This document shows positions 7,271 to 18,343 of a stretch of 38,449 nucleotides of DNA, piece after piece; position 1 is the first letter of the stretch; every line of letters starts with the position of its first letter. The notes under the pieces are model-generated. The model did not search any database, had not been told where the DNA came from, and saw only the letters and a program-made list of their open reading frames with translations. The position numbers were made by a program, and so were the translations under genes. The DNA is from Myxococcota bacterium (GTDB lineage Bacteria > Myxococcota_A > UBA796 > SXON01), in assembly GCA_040386535.1 (NCBI GenBank), contig JAZKFH010000028.1, positions 53,868-92,316 of the forward strand. Direction: 5' to 3'.

Positions 7271-8695
7271 TCAGCTCAGGTCCGACCCGTCGCAGTCCTG
7301 GTCGACCCCGTCCAGCACCACTTCGCGCATGCCGGGGTGTACCAACGCGTCCGTGTCGTCGCAGTCGTCGCCGCCGTGCGCGTCGCTGTCCACGCCGTCG
7401 CCGTCCGCGTCGTAGTCGCCGTTGCCGTCACAGTCGCCGTCCACGCCGTCGTACCAGGTCTCCGCGCCGCCGGGGTAGGCGGTGGCGTCGGCGTCGTCGC
7501 AGTCCTCGGCCACGAGCCAGCCGTCGCCGTCCTGGTCGTCGTCCTGGCCGTCACAGTCCTGGTCCACGCCGTCGTACCAGACCTCGGCCGAGGCCGGGCC
7601 GATGCCGGCGTTCGTGTCGTCACAGTCCGCGCCGCCCCACATGGCGCTCTCGGCGCTGTCGCCGTCCGCATCGAAGTCGCTCGCGCCGACGCAGTCCTGG
7701 TCCACGCCGTCGTACCAGACCTCGACCGCGCGCGGGTTGACCGAGGCGTCGCTGTCATCGCAGTCGCCCGCCACCTCGGAGAAGCCGTCGCCGTCGAGAT
7801 CGGCGGTGGAGAGCGCCTCGTCCACCTCGCCGTCGCAGTCGTCGTCCACGAGGTTGGCCTCGTCCTCGATCGCGCCCGGGCCTACCGCGTCGGAGGTGTC
7901 GTCGCAGTCGGCGCCGCCGTAGGTGTCGGCGTCGGCGCCGTCGTGATCGAAGTCGTAGTCGGACCAGCCGTCGCAGTCCTGGTCGAGCCCGTCGTACCAG
8001 ACCTCGACCGCGCCGGGGTTCACCACCGCGCTGGTCTCGTCGCAGTCGCCCGCCGCCTCGGAGAACCCGTCGCCGTCGACATCCTCGTCGGAGGGGGCCT
8101 CGTCCGCGAGCCCGTCGCAGTCGTTGTCGATGTCGTCGCCGATGAGCTCGCGATCGCCGGGGCTCACCTCGTCGTTCGTGTCGTCGCAATCGTCGCCGCC
8201 GCCCGCCTGGACGTCGTAGCCGTCGCCATCCTGGTCGTCGTCGGAGCGCTGGTCGCAGTTCGCGTCCACGCCGTCGTACCAGACCTCCACCGCGTCCGGG
8301 TTGATGGCCGCGTCCGTGTCGTCGCAGTCGAGGCCGCCCGCGTCGACGGTGTCGTAACCGTCGCCGTCCTGGTCGACGTCCGTGCCGTCGCAGTCCTGGT
8401 CCACGCCGTCGTACCAGACCTCCTCCGCGCCCGGGAACACGGCGGCATCGGTGTCGTCGCAGTCCATGTCCAGGCGGGCGCCGTCGCCGTCCTGGTCGTT
8501 GTCGTCGCCCACGCAGTCCTGGTCGACGCCGTCGTACCAGACCTCCTCGGCGCCTGGATTGACGGCGGAGTCGCCGTCGTCACAGTCCACGGCCGAGGTG
8601 TACCCGTCCCCGTCGGCGTCCTCGGTGATCACGTCCACCTTGCCGAAGCACGCGACCGACAGGAGGGCGAGGAGGGTGAGCACGTGGGTCCGCAT
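7271..8695 (-). CDS. Lipoprotein made of MopE-related (putative metal-binding) repeats
   Basis: MRTHVLTLLALLSVAC signal; about 10 repeats of DxDGDG...DCDD.D..V.PGA.EVWYDGVDQDCDG. Confidence 0.9.
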   Translation of the reverse strand: MRTHVLTLLALLSVACFGKVDVITEDADGDGYTSAVDCDDGDSAVNPGAEEVWYDGVDQDCVGDDNDQDGDGARLDMDCDDTDAAVFPGAEEVWYDGVDQDCDGTDVDQDGDGYDTVDAGGLDCDDTDAAINPDAVEVWYDGVDANCDQRSDDDQDGDGYDVQAGGGDDCDDTNDEVSPGDRELIGDDIDNDCDGLADEAPSDEDVDGDGFSEAAGDCDETSAVVNPGAVEVWYDGLDQDCDGWSDYDFDHDGADADTYGGADCDDTSDAVGPGAIEDEANLVDDDCDGEVDEALSTADLDGDGFSEVAGDCDDSDASVNPRAVEVWYDGVDQDCVGASDFDADGDSAESAMWGGADCDDTNAGIGPASAEVWYDGVDQDCDGQDDDQDGDGWLVAEDCDDADATAYPGGAETWYDGVDGDCDGNGDYDADGDGVDSDAHGGDDCDDTDALVHPGMREVVLDGVDQDCDGSDLS

Positions 8696-8843
8696 GGAGA
8701 GCACCTGGAGAGAGAGAGAGGTTCGGGGGCTCTCTTCACGTCACCCGGCCGAGCACGCGGTCGCTTTCGGCGTGCTTGCACGGCCCCCTCGCCCGTACGG
8801 GGGCCCTGCCGGAGAGCGTGCCGGCGCGGCGTTAGAGGGGCGC

Positions 8844-9545
8844 GTGTCGCTCGAACCCGCCGACGTGATGGCCCGTGTCCGCAAGCTCCTCGCCCTCGCG
8901 GGCTCGCCCAACGTGCACGAGGCCGCCTCCGCGGCCGCCGCCGCCCAGGCCCTGGTCGCGCGCCACCGCCTCGAGGCGCTGCTCGCCGCGGAGTCCGCCG
9001 CCGACGATCCCGCCGACCCCATCACCGACGGGCGGGAAGCGCCCCTCGAAGCCGCGCGCAAGGTGCGCACGTGGAAGGTGGCGCTCGCGATGGGCCTCGC
9101 CGAGGCCAACGGCTGCGTGGCGTACACGGCCCTCGTGGGGGACCTGACCCACCTGCTCCTCGTGGGGCGCGCCGCCGATCGCGACGCCGTGGCCTCCCTC
9201 TGGGCGTGGCTCGTGACGCGGATCGAGTGGCTCTCCGCCACCCACGGCCCAGGGAAGCCGCGGCACTGGCACGAGGCGTTCCGCATCGGCGCCGCCGAGG
9301 TCGTCGTGGCCCGGCTCGGCGCGGTGGAGGCGGACGTGGAGGCCGAATTCGCCGCTACCCGCGCCCCCGCCGCCCTGGTGCGGTTGGAGCCCGCCCGCGC
9401 CGCCCGCGCCGCCGCCGTGGACGCGTACGTCGAGCGCCACTTGCGACTGGGGCGCGGCCGCGCATTGCGGGTGGACGGGCGGGCGTTGGAGCGCGGGCGG
9501 GCCGCGGGGAACGAGGTGCCCCTCCCGTCAAGATCCCGTCGGTAG
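8844..9545 (+). CDS. DUF2786 domain-containing protein
   Basis: N-terminal ARVRKLLALAGSPNVHEAASAAAAAQALVARH is the typical DUF2786 pattern. GTG start after AGAGGGG; alternative ATG at 8868. Confidence 0.8.
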   Translation: MSLEPADVMARVRKLLALAGSPNVHEAASAAAAAQALVARHRLEALLAAESAADDPADPITDGREAPLEAARKVRTWKVALAMGLAEANGCVAYTALVGDLTHLLLVGRAADRDAVASLWAWLVTRIEWLSATHGPGKPRHWHEAFRIGAAEVVVARLGAVEADVEAEFAATRAPAALVRLEPARAARAAAVDAYVERHLRLGRGRALRVDGRALERGRAAGNEVPLPSRSRR

Positions 9546-9595
9546 GGCGCGTCGGCTTGACGACGCCGTAGACTGGGCGCGTTCCCGGCCGGCTC

Positions 9596-10933
9596 ATGCT
9601 CCTCCTCCTCGCCTGCACCCCGCCCGCGCCGCCACTGGTGGTGGTCGAGGCGCTCACGGTCGCGCTGACCGACATGCCGACGGTGATCCGGGTGCGCTGG
9701 CACACGGTGGAGCCGACCCACGCCACGGTCACCGGCCGGTTCGGCGACGAGGAGGCGCCGATCGTCGTCACCGAGACCGCCGACGCCAACGACCACGAGG
9801 TGCTCCTGGCGGGCCTGCCGGGGCGGACGGACGTGTCGGTCGAGGTGCGGGTGGACGACGAGACGGCGGAGGCGACGATCGCCACCGGCTCGCTGCCGTC
9901 GTGGGTGCCCGACGTGACCTACACGGCGGACGCGCCGGAGGCCGCGCAGGGCGGCTTCGTGGTGGCGCCGATGATCGATCTGTCCGGCGGCGGCATCCTC
10001 GTGTTCGACCACGCCGGCCGCCCCGTGTGGGCACACGCGCGTGCCGACGACAAGGAGGCCGCGATGACCCGCGCGCGCCTCTCGCTCGACGGGCGGGCCG
10101 TGCTGTACCTCGCGACCGCCGGCGCGGAGGACGACGACGGCCTCGTGATCCGCATGCCGATCGACGGAGGCGCGGCGACCGAGACGCCGCTGCGCGGCAC
10201 CCACACCGATTTTGTGGAGCTCCCGTCGGGCGGCTACGCCGCGCTCGGCTGGCAGCTCCACACGATGGAGGACGGCCGCGTCATCGTCGGCGACACCATC
10301 GTCGAGATCGACGCGGACGGGGTCAGCCACATCGTGTGGTCCGTGTTCGACGATTTCGTGCCCGACCCCCGGTCCGTCATGGAGAACCAATACCCAGGCG
10401 ATCCGACGATCCCCGACTGGTCACACGTGAACGGGATCACCTACGACGCCGTGTCCGACGACTACTACGTGACCATGACGTGGAACAGCGGCGTGGCCCG
10501 GATCGACCGTGGCACCGGCGCGCTCGTGTGGATGCTCTCCGACGAAGGCGGCGACTTCGCCGACACGGGTGACACCCGGATGGTGTGGCTCCCCCACTCG
10601 GTCCAACCGACGGACACCGGGCTCCTGCTGTTCAACCGGGGCGACCCGCGCGATCCGACCTCCTGCTCGGAGGCGACCGATCTGGTGCTCGACGAGGCCC
10701 TCGGCACGGCCTCGCGGAGCGGCGGCCTCTCCTCCGAACGGTGCCTGCTCATCACGTTCCTCGGGTCCGCCCAACGCCTCCCCGGTGGCAACACCCTCAT
10801 CGGCTGGTCGACCGCGGGCCAGATCGACGAGTACACCCCCGACGGCCAGCTCGCCGGGCGCTTCAGCACGAACATCGGCGCGGGGTTCGGCTTCGCGGGG
10901 TGGGTGCCGACGTTGGGGAGCGGGGTGCCGTGA
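9596..10933 (+). CDS. Aryl-sulfate sulfotransferase (ASST)-like beta-propeller lipoprotein
   Basis: MLLLLAC; N-terminal beta-sandwich-like region; THTDFVELPSG, DWSHVNGITY, LPHSVQ and GSAQRLPGGNTLIGW motifs. Confidence 0.75.
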   Translation: MLLLLACTPPAPPLVVVEALTVALTDMPTVIRVRWHTVEPTHATVTGRFGDEEAPIVVTETADANDHEVLLAGLPGRTDVSVEVRVDDETAEATIATGSLPSWVPDVTYTADAPEAAQGGFVVAPMIDLSGGGILVFDHAGRPVWAHARADDKEAAMTRARLSLDGRAVLYLATAGAEDDDGLVIRMPIDGGAATETPLRGTHTDFVELPSGGYAALGWQLHTMEDGRVIVGDTIVEIDADGVSHIVWSVFDDFVPDPRSVMENQYPGDPTIPDWSHVNGITYDAVSDDYYVTMTWNSGVARIDRGTGALVWMLSDEGGDFADTGDTRMVWLPHSVQPTDTGLLLFNRGDPRDPTSCSEATDLVLDEALGTASRSGGLSSERCLLITFLGSAQRLPGGNTLIGWSTAGQIDEYTPDGQLAGRFSTNIGAGFGFAGWVPTLGSGVP

Positions 10934-10942
10934 GGAGGGCCC

Positions 10943-11605
10943 CTACGCTCCGAGGACCGCCCGCGTGAACCGCGCCCGCAAGTAGAACCCGAACGGGACG
11001 GACCGCACCCAGTCGCCCTCCTCGTCGACCATCCACGCGTAGTCGGCCGCGTTGGCCCCCTTGGGCCGAAGCTGGAGCACGGCGCCGAGCCGGCCGTGGA
11101 TGCGGTGCAGCTCGCCGCCCGCGATCAGCTCGGAGAGCTGGAGCCAATCGTGGGCGAGCGCGGTGTCCTCGATGACACTGGGCACCCACAGCCGCGGCGT
11201 GCCGATCGTCCGCGCCCCGGGCGGCTCCCCGCGATCGCCCGCGATGGGTACCCACAGCACGTGCGCGAGCTTGCGGCGCACCCGGGACGTCTCCCAGCTC
11301 GCCTCGAAGGCGCCCTCGATCGGCGCGGTACACACGAACGTCGACTCGCGCGGGGCCCGGTCCCGCCCGACGGGGATCGTCTTGAGCTCGACCCCGAGCG
11401 CCGCGAAGTCGGGCTCGGGGCGCGAGCCGGCGTCCGCGCCGAGCGCTGCCTCCACGAGCTGGCCCACCCATCCCTTGGCTCGGCGCAGGTCGGCGGGCAC
11501 GGGCACGTCGAGATCCGCGGCCAGTCGCGCGAGGGGGACGCCGGCGAGGGACGCCGCGCGGGCCTCGAGCTCGAACAGGGAGGTGGGCGGAGGGCGGCGG
11601 AGCAC
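10943..11605 (-). CDS. mutH: MutH-family (MutH/Sau3AI) DNA mismatch repair endonuclease
   Basis: KGWVGQLVEAALGADAGSRPEPDFAALGVELKTIP (PD...ELK catalytic motif), ESTFVC, VLQLRPKGAN and GFYLRARFT all parallel gammaproteobacterial MutH. Confidence 0.9.
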   Translation of the reverse strand: MLRRPPPTSLFELEARAASLAGVPLARLAADLDVPVPADLRRAKGWVGQLVEAALGADAGSRPEPDFAALGVELKTIPVGRDRAPRESTFVCTAPIEGAFEASWETSRVRRKLAHVLWVPIAGDRGEPPGARTIGTPRLWVPSVIEDTALAHDWLQLSELIAGGELHRIHGRLGAVLQLRPKGANAADYAWMVDEEGDWVRSVPFGFYLRARFTRAVLGA

Positions 11606-11696
11606 GTGCGGGCAGCCTACCCGGTCGGCGCACGGATCGGCGCTGGTACGGGTTTGCCGGCGCGCCCGACCAAGCTACACGAGTCGTGGAGGATCG

Positions 11697-13553
11697 ATGA
11701 ACCATAGGACACGATGGCTCTTGGTTTGCGGGTTCGTCTGGGGCTGCGGCGAGCCCGACACGGACAAGCCCACCACCGATTCGGCCGACAGCGATACGGA
11801 CACCGATGCCGATACGGACGCCGATACGGACACCGACACCGATACCGACACCGACACCGACACCGATACGGACACCGACACGGTGACCGACTGTGCGACC
11901 GCCCTCACCGCGCCACCCGAGGGCGCCACGTGCTCGGTGGTCTCGGTCGGCACCGAGGGTTGGTTGGTGCGGGGCGATGTCCTGGCGCCGGAGGGCGCGC
12001 TCGAGGGCGGCTCGGTGTTGATCGGCGCCGACGGCAAGATCGCCTGTGTCGGCTGCGACTGCAGCGATGACCCCGGCTTTGGTACCGCGACCGTGATCGA
12101 TTGTCCGGAGGGCGTGATCTCTCCCGGGTTCGTCAACCCGCACGACCACGTCACGTTCGCCGAGGGGACCCCCTTCGACCACGGCGACACCCGCTACGAT
12201 CACCGGCACGACTGGCGCGAGTCTCTCTCCAGCGCCAGCAACACCGACACGGTCAACGGCGTCCTCTGGGGCGAGATCCGCATGTTGATGAGCGGCGTCA
12301 CCTCCATGATCGGCTCGGGCGGGCGTTCGGGGTTGGTGCGCAACCTGGACTCCTCGTCCAATTCGGCGCTCGACATCCCCGCGGCCCAACTCTCGACCTT
12401 CCCGCTCGGCGACAGCGACGGGGACTACCACTCGCTCTGCGCGTGGGACTACGGCGACACCGAAGCGGAGGTCGCCACCCGCGCGGCCTACGTCACGCAC
12501 GTGGCCGAAGGCATCGACACCTACGCCCACGAGGAATTCCGCTGCCTGTCGGACGGTTTCGCAGGGGAGGACCTCACCGAAGCCAACACCGCGCACATCC
12601 ACGGCATCGGCCTCGGCACCGTGGACTACGCGACGATGGCCCACGACGACGCCGTGCTCGTCTGGTCGCCGCGCTCCAACATCTCCCTGTACGGCCAGAC
12701 CGCGCAGGTCACGTCGTTTGCGCGGCTCGGCGGCACGATCGCGCTCGGTACGGACTGGGTGTACTCGGGCTCGATGAACATGGGGCGGGAGCTGGCCTGC
12801 GCGTCCTACCTGAACGAAACCCGCTACGGAAACGCCTTCTCCAGCGCGGATCTGTGGCGGATGGCGACGGACGCGGGCGCGGTCAGCGCGGGGGCGAGCG
12901 AACGCATCGGACGACTGGTGCCGGGCCTCGAGGCCGACATCGCGGTGTTCGCGTCGGGCGACAAGGAGCTCTGGGAGGCCGCCATCAGCGCGGAGGTCAC
13001 GGAGGTGGCGCTGGTCCTGCGTTCCGGCAAGGCCTTGTACGGCGAGCCCGCGGTGGTCGACACGCTCAACCCCGCCTGTGATCCCCTGGACGTGTGCGGG
13101 GAGGCCCGCGCCCTGTGCACCTCCGAGGAGACAGGCTCCACCTACGAGCAGATCCGCGCCGCGATTCCGGATGCCTACCCGGCGTTCTCGTGCGACCCGG
13201 TGCCCGTGGGCGAGCCGACCTGCGAGCCCAGCCGAGCGGGCGAGTACGCGGGCATCACCGCCGAGGACAGCGACGGCGACGGCCTGAGCGACGCGATCGA
13301 TCTCTGCCCGGACGTCTTCGATCCGTTGCGGGTGTTCGACGAGGGTGTGCAGCCGGATCTCGACGTGGACGGCGTCGGCGACGCGTGTGATCCCACTCCG
13401 CTCCCGGTCGACGTGGACGAAGACGGGGTGTTCAACGACGTCGACGTGTGTCCGTTGGTCGCCGACGATCAGGCCGACGAGGACATCGATGGCAAGGGCG
13501 ACGCCTGCGATCCCTGCCCGAGCACGGGGAACCCGGATCGGGGGTGCCCGTGA
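11697..13553 (+). CDS. Secreted amidohydrolase-family lipoprotein with (DT)n linker and C-terminal thrombospondin type 3-like repeats
   Basis: GGAGG RBS; VWGC lipobox; PGFVNPHDH, HVAEG, HIHG, WSPRSN and LGTDW metal-hydrolase motifs; DSDGDG..D..DLCP repeats. Confidence 0.88.
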   Translation: MNHRTRWLLVCGFVWGCGEPDTDKPTTDSADSDTDTDADTDADTDTDTDTDTDTDTDTDTDTVTDCATALTAPPEGATCSVVSVGTEGWLVRGDVLAPEGALEGGSVLIGADGKIACVGCDCSDDPGFGTATVIDCPEGVISPGFVNPHDHVTFAEGTPFDHGDTRYDHRHDWRESLSSASNTDTVNGVLWGEIRMLMSGVTSMIGSGGRSGLVRNLDSSSNSALDIPAAQLSTFPLGDSDGDYHSLCAWDYGDTEAEVATRAAYVTHVAEGIDTYAHEEFRCLSDGFAGEDLTEANTAHIHGIGLGTVDYATMAHDDAVLVWSPRSNISLYGQTAQVTSFARLGGTIALGTDWVYSGSMNMGRELACASYLNETRYGNAFSSADLWRMATDAGAVSAGASERIGRLVPGLEADIAVFASGDKELWEAAISAEVTEVALVLRSGKALYGEPAVVDTLNPACDPLDVCGEARALCTSEETGSTYEQIRAAIPDAYPAFSCDPVPVGEPTCEPSRAGEYAGITAEDSDGDGLSDAIDLCPDVFDPLRVFDEGVQPDLDVDGVGDACDPTPLPVDVDEDGVFNDVDVCPLVADDQADEDIDGKGDACDPCPSTGNPDRGCP

Positions 13554-14155
13554 CGACGCAACCCGTTCCGCGTGCGGCGCTCCCCCGGGCCCTGACCCCG
13601 AAAGGCCTCCTCGTCACCATGCCCATCGGCGCGGCGATCGGGCTCGGGCTCGACCGGGTCCACGTGATCAGCGGCGTGTTGGAGTACCGCGACCCGGTCC
13701 TGGCAGGCCAGGCCTGGTGGGTGCCCTTCCTGTTCGCGATCGCCGCCCCCCTGGTCCTTCTCAACGACTACGTCCCGCGGCTCGTCCTGGGCGCGAAGGC
13801 TGGCGTTCCCGTCCGTGATGTCGAAGCCGAAGCCGGATGGTTCATCGCCGCGTACCTCGCGACCGCATTGTTCTGGCAATGGCCCTGGCTCCTGGCGGCC
13901 GGCCTCGCCGGTGTCTGGCTCGTGAGGAGCAGGCGCTACCTTCGGCCGGACCGGCTCGCGGCGGCGGTCGGGCTGGCGGTCACGGGGCCAATCTTCGAGG
14001 CCACGTTGGCCTCGACGGGCGGATTCTGGTACATCACCCCCGATTTTTTCGGGGTCCCGCTCTGGCTCGCGCCGCTCTACCTCTACGTCGCCGACCTGGC
14101 CGCCGCGCTGGTGGATTGGCTCGAAGGGGTGCTCGCTTCGCCGTCGGTTGGGTGA
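13550..14155 (+). CDS. Multi-pass membrane protein (DUF2878-like)
   Basis: GTG overlaps the upstream stop; several hydrophobic helices; GPIFEA...GGFWY..PDFFGVPLWLAPLY motif. Confidence 0.7.
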   Translation: MTTQPVPRAALPRALTPKGLLVTMPIGAAIGLGLDRVHVISGVLEYRDPVLAGQAWWVPFLFAIAAPLVLLNDYVPRLVLGAKAGVPVRDVEAEAGWFIAAYLATALFWQWPWLLAAGLAGVWLVRSRRYLRPDRLAAAVGLAVTGPIFEATLASTGGFWYITPDFFGVPLWLAPLYLYVADLAAALVDWLEGVLASPSVG

Positions 14156-14158
14156 GCC

Positions 14159-15496
14159 CTACGGCTCCGCCTCCCCCGCCGCCGCCACCGCGAGGTCGTG
14201 CTCCACGAGCACCTCCTCCGGCGCGTCCGCCTCGGTCCGCGTCTCGTGCGTCAGGTGGCGCCGCATCCGCGCCACGTCGAGCTCCCCGGTCCACTTCGCC
14301 ACCACGATCGTCGCGACGCCGTTCCCCACGAGGTTGGTGAGCGCCCGCGCCTCCGACATGAACCGATCGACCCCGAGGATCAACGCGAGGCCTGCCACTG
14401 GCACGTGGCCGACCGCCGAGAGGGTCGCCGCGAGCACGATGAAGCCGCTCCCCGTGACGGCGGCCGCGCCCTTCGAGGTGACCAGCAACACGACGAGCAA
14501 CGTCAGCTGCTCCCGCCAGCTCATCGCCGTGTTGGTCGCCTGCGCGATGAACACCGCGGCCATCGTCAAGTAGATCGCCGTGCCGTCGAGGTTGAACGAG
14601 TAGCCGGTGGGGATGACCAGCCCGACGGTGGAGCGCGTCACCCCGAGGTTCTCCATCTTCGCGAGCATGCGCGGGAGCGCCGCCTCGCTCGAGGACGTGC
14701 CGAGCACGATGAGCAGCTCCTCCTTGATGTAGCGGACGAAGCGCCAGATGCTGAAGCCGTGCACCCGTGCGATCGCGCCGAGCACGACGAATACGAACAG
14801 GAAGCAGGTCACGTAGAACGTGCCCATCAGCTTGCCGAGCGAGAGCAGCGTGCCGACGCCGTACTTGCCGATGGTGAACGCCATGGCGCCGAACGCTCCG
14901 ATGGGCGCCACGCGCATGATGATGCCCACGATCCCGAAGAGCACGTGCGAGAGCTGCTCGATGAGCGAGAACACGCCCTTTCCGCGCTCGCCCAGCCCGT
15001 GGAGCGCGAAGCCGAACAGGACCGCGAAGAACAAGACCTGGAGGATCTCGCCCTTGGCGAACGCGTCCACCGCGCTCGACGGGATCACGGCGAGCAGGAA
15101 CTCGGTCGTGTTCCCGAGCTTGCCGGGCTCGGTGTAGGCGGCGATCGCACGGGTGTCGAGCGTCGCGGGGTCGACGTTCATGCCGACGCCGGGCTGCACC
15201 ACGTTCACCACCACCAGGCCGATGATGAGCGCGAGGGTGCTGACCACCTCGAAGTACAAGAGCGCGAGCGCGCCCGTCTTCCCGACGCGCTTCATGTCCT
15301 CCATGCCCGCGATGCCGACCACGACAGTGCAGAACACCACCGGCGCGATGATCATCTTGACGAGCTTGATGAAGCCGTCGCCGAGCGGCTTCATCGCGGC
15401 GCCCGCCTCGGGCCAGAGGTGCCCGAGCGCCACGCCGACCGCGATCGCGCCGAGGACCTGCACGTAGAGCGAGGTGTAGAGCGGCTTGCGGTGCAT
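14159..15496 (-). CDS. dctA: C4-dicarboxylate:cation symporter DctA
   Basis: [57 protein letters not shown] and [11 protein letters not shown] signatures. Confidence 0.97.
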   Translation of the reverse strand: MHRKPLYTSLYVQVLGAIAVGVALGHLWPEAGAAMKPLGDGFIKLVKMIIAPVVFCTVVVGIAGMEDMKRVGKTGALALLYFEVVSTLALIIGLVVVNVVQPGVGMNVDPATLDTRAIAAYTEPGKLGNTTEFLLAVIPSSAVDAFAKGEILQVLFFAVLFGFALHGLGERGKGVFSLIEQLSHVLFGIVGIIMRVAPIGAFGAMAFTIGKYGVGTLLSLGKLMGTFYVTCFLFVFVVLGAIARVHGFSIWRFVRYIKEELLIVLGTSSSEAALPRMLAKMENLGVTRSTVGLVIPTGYSFNLDGTAIYLTMAAVFIAQATNTAMSWREQLTLLVVLLVTSKGAAAVTGSGFIVLAATLSAVGHVPVAGLALILGVDRFMSEARALTNLVGNGVATIVVAKWTGELDVARMRRHLTHETRTEADAPEEVLVEHDLAVAAAGEAEP

Positions 15497-15574
15497 CGGG
15501 ACCCTCGCCCCCAGTCTCGCACGGACCGGGGCGGGCGCCTGCTCCGGGGCCCTCTCCGGACCCCGCTGGGGCTC

Positions 15575-16471
<897 letters not shown>

Positions 16472-16745
16472 CCCGCACGGTTATCTCCGCGGCCGCCGGA
16501 TCCGGCGCGGCGCGAGGCCCTCCGGAGGTAACGAGATGTCGGTGGTGGGCCGATGGCGTGGGTCGGGCGCGACCGCGGCGAGGACGCCACACACTGACGC
16601 AAACGGCGGATCGTGAAGGAGGTCGTCAATACCAGCATCGCTGCCCTGGAGCAGCTCTACCTGACCTCCAAGGCTCAGAGGTTCCATACCGCGGCTGATC
16701 CGCCATCGCGGGACGGTCCGTGTTCCCACGAACCCCTCCAAATCG

Positions 16746-16944
16746 GAGTCATGCCCCCCTGAACGCCGCTAAATCCGAGTCATGCCCCCGTGAACGCCCA
16801 TCGGGGGGTTCCTGCGGGCGGGGCGGCGCGCACCCCCCACGGAACAAGCGGAACTATTCGCCAGCCAACGCACGCGCGGTGCTCGAATCCACGCATTCAA
16901 CCCGGCATGAGTCCGTGCCGCGTGCACTCACGAGGGCATGCCCC
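16746..16944. repeat. Dispersed ~198-bp element family B, copy 2
   Basis: GAGTCATG boxes at 16746 and 16777; inverted CATGAGTC and CATGCCCC at 16906 and 16937; same geometry as 4710-4907. Confidence 0.8.
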
Positions 16945-17325
16945 ACCGCGCGGCCTCCCGCCGGCCGCGAGCGTGTCCCGCTAGCGGCCCGAGCGGGGCC
17001 CGTCGGTGAGCACCGGCGAGCGACAGCTCCGCCCCGCGCCAAGGGCGCGGAGGGCAGCCGCCCCCGGCGGCTGGTCCGGCCGGGCGCGCGCGCGCCACAA
17101 GCCCGGGACGATGCCCCTCGCCCGGCCGACCAAGCGGCTCCGCCGCGCGCCCGGAGCCGACCTGCCCCGCGTCCGCGCGGGGGCGCCCGCGCGGACTGGA
17201 ACCCTGTCACATCCCGCGCCAAACCGGAACGAACCGTGAACATCGGGCACGCTCCGTGCACACACGCGGGCCGGCCCCACCCCCGGCCTCCGCCTCTGCT
17301 ACGCTCGCACCACCCCGGGGATCCC

Positions 17326-18174
17326 TTGCTGCTACCCATGCTTCTCGCCACGGCCCACGCGGCGGACGTGCCGAGCTACTACGTGCGGCAGTCGCTCGGC
17401 TTCGCGGGGTGGCCCACCGGCGCCATCTCCGAGACCCGCGTGCAGATCCGCACGCCGCTGTACCGGTCCGAGTCGATGGTGTTCAAGAACACCTACGCTG
17501 GCGCGGGCCTCCGCCTCGACGCCTCGCCCGCGTTCGCCAACCCGGGCGTGCAGATCTCGCTCGCGCCGATCGACATCTTCGACATCGATCTATCCGCGAC
17601 GTTCCTCGGCTATCTCCCTGGCCCGTTCGGACTGCTCCCCTATGACGGCCTGGGGTCCAAGCTCGGGTCCGTTCGCGACCAACGCGACGACCACACGTCC
17701 GCCGTCGGCTTCTCGCTCGACGCCAACCCCACGCTCAAGATGAAGGTCGGCCCCATCATCGGGCTCGACGCCGTCGCGGTGTCGTACATCCACCTCGAGC
17801 AGCCCGACGGTGTCGACGCGCCCTACGTCTACGAGCCGCTGCGGGACATGGTCATCGCGTGGAACGAGGTCTACCTGGAGCACCAGCCCGCGCTGCTCTA
17901 CGAGGTGCTGCCCGGCGGGGAGAAGCCGCTGCTCTACGTCGGCGCGTCGTGGCGGCAACGCTACGCGTTCGTGTCGGGCGACCGCAGCGGCCTGCTCGGC
18001 GCGCTCGTGGTCGTGCGCCCCGGCACCAAGCCCATCATCCCGACGATCATGGGGTTCGCCGCGTTCTACCTCATCGATCAGGACCGCGTGGGCGGCGCCC
18101 CCTTCCTGGGCGTGCAGGCCAACTGGGTCGTGGAGCCGCCGCTGAAGAAGGCGGTGACGCCCGTGATCCCGTGA
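17326..18174 (+). CDS. Secreted hypothetical protein, possibly an outer-membrane beta-barrel
   Basis: Short signal (LLLP)MLLATAHA with AxA site; beta-strand-like alternating residues; GC3-rich. Start is TTG 17326 or ATG 17338. Confidence 0.7.
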   Translation: MLLPMLLATAHAADVPSYYVRQSLGFAGWPTGAISETRVQIRTPLYRSESMVFKNTYAGAGLRLDASPAFANPGVQISLAPIDIFDIDLSATFLGYLPGPFGLLPYDGLGSKLGSVRDQRDDHTSAVGFSLDANPTLKMKVGPIIGLDAVAVSYIHLEQPDGVDAPYVYEPLRDMVIAWNEVYLEHQPALLYEVLPGGEKPLLYVGASWRQRYAFVSGDRSGLLGALVVVRPGTKPIIPTIMGFAAFYLIDQDRVGGAPFLGVQANWVVEPPLKKAVTPVIP

Positions 18175-18230
18175 GCCGCGTCACGCCCTGACCCGATCCG
18201 TGCGCGTCCCCCGGCGCGGCGCCGGCGGCC

Positions 18231-18343
18231 GGGCCCTTCCGGGCTCGGCGCGAGCGCCTCGGTCGTCCGGTCGCGGCGCCCGGACGGACCGGCCACGCCC
18301 TCCGGAGGCCGGAGGCCGCAGCCGCCCTACAGGCCCCTCGCGC
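18231..18343. repeat. Dispersed GC-rich element family A, copy 2
   Basis: gggcccttccgggctcggcgcgagcgcctcggtcg...ggaccggcc...gccgccctacaggcccctcgcgc, between convergent genes. Confidence 0.75.

Noticed and set aside
10943..11605. Sau3AI-type restriction-modification or defence island
   Set aside because: Single-domain size and motifs fit MutH; there is no adjacent DNA methyltransferase or other defence gene.
16605..16705. SRP RNA, tRNA-Sec or yybP-ykoY riboswitch
   Set aside because: Only fragments match (GTCAGGT, an ending in GATCCGCCA, TCGTCAATAC). The SRP GNRA helix, a cloverleaf with proper T-arm and the GGGGAGTA/GAGACC motifs are all absent.
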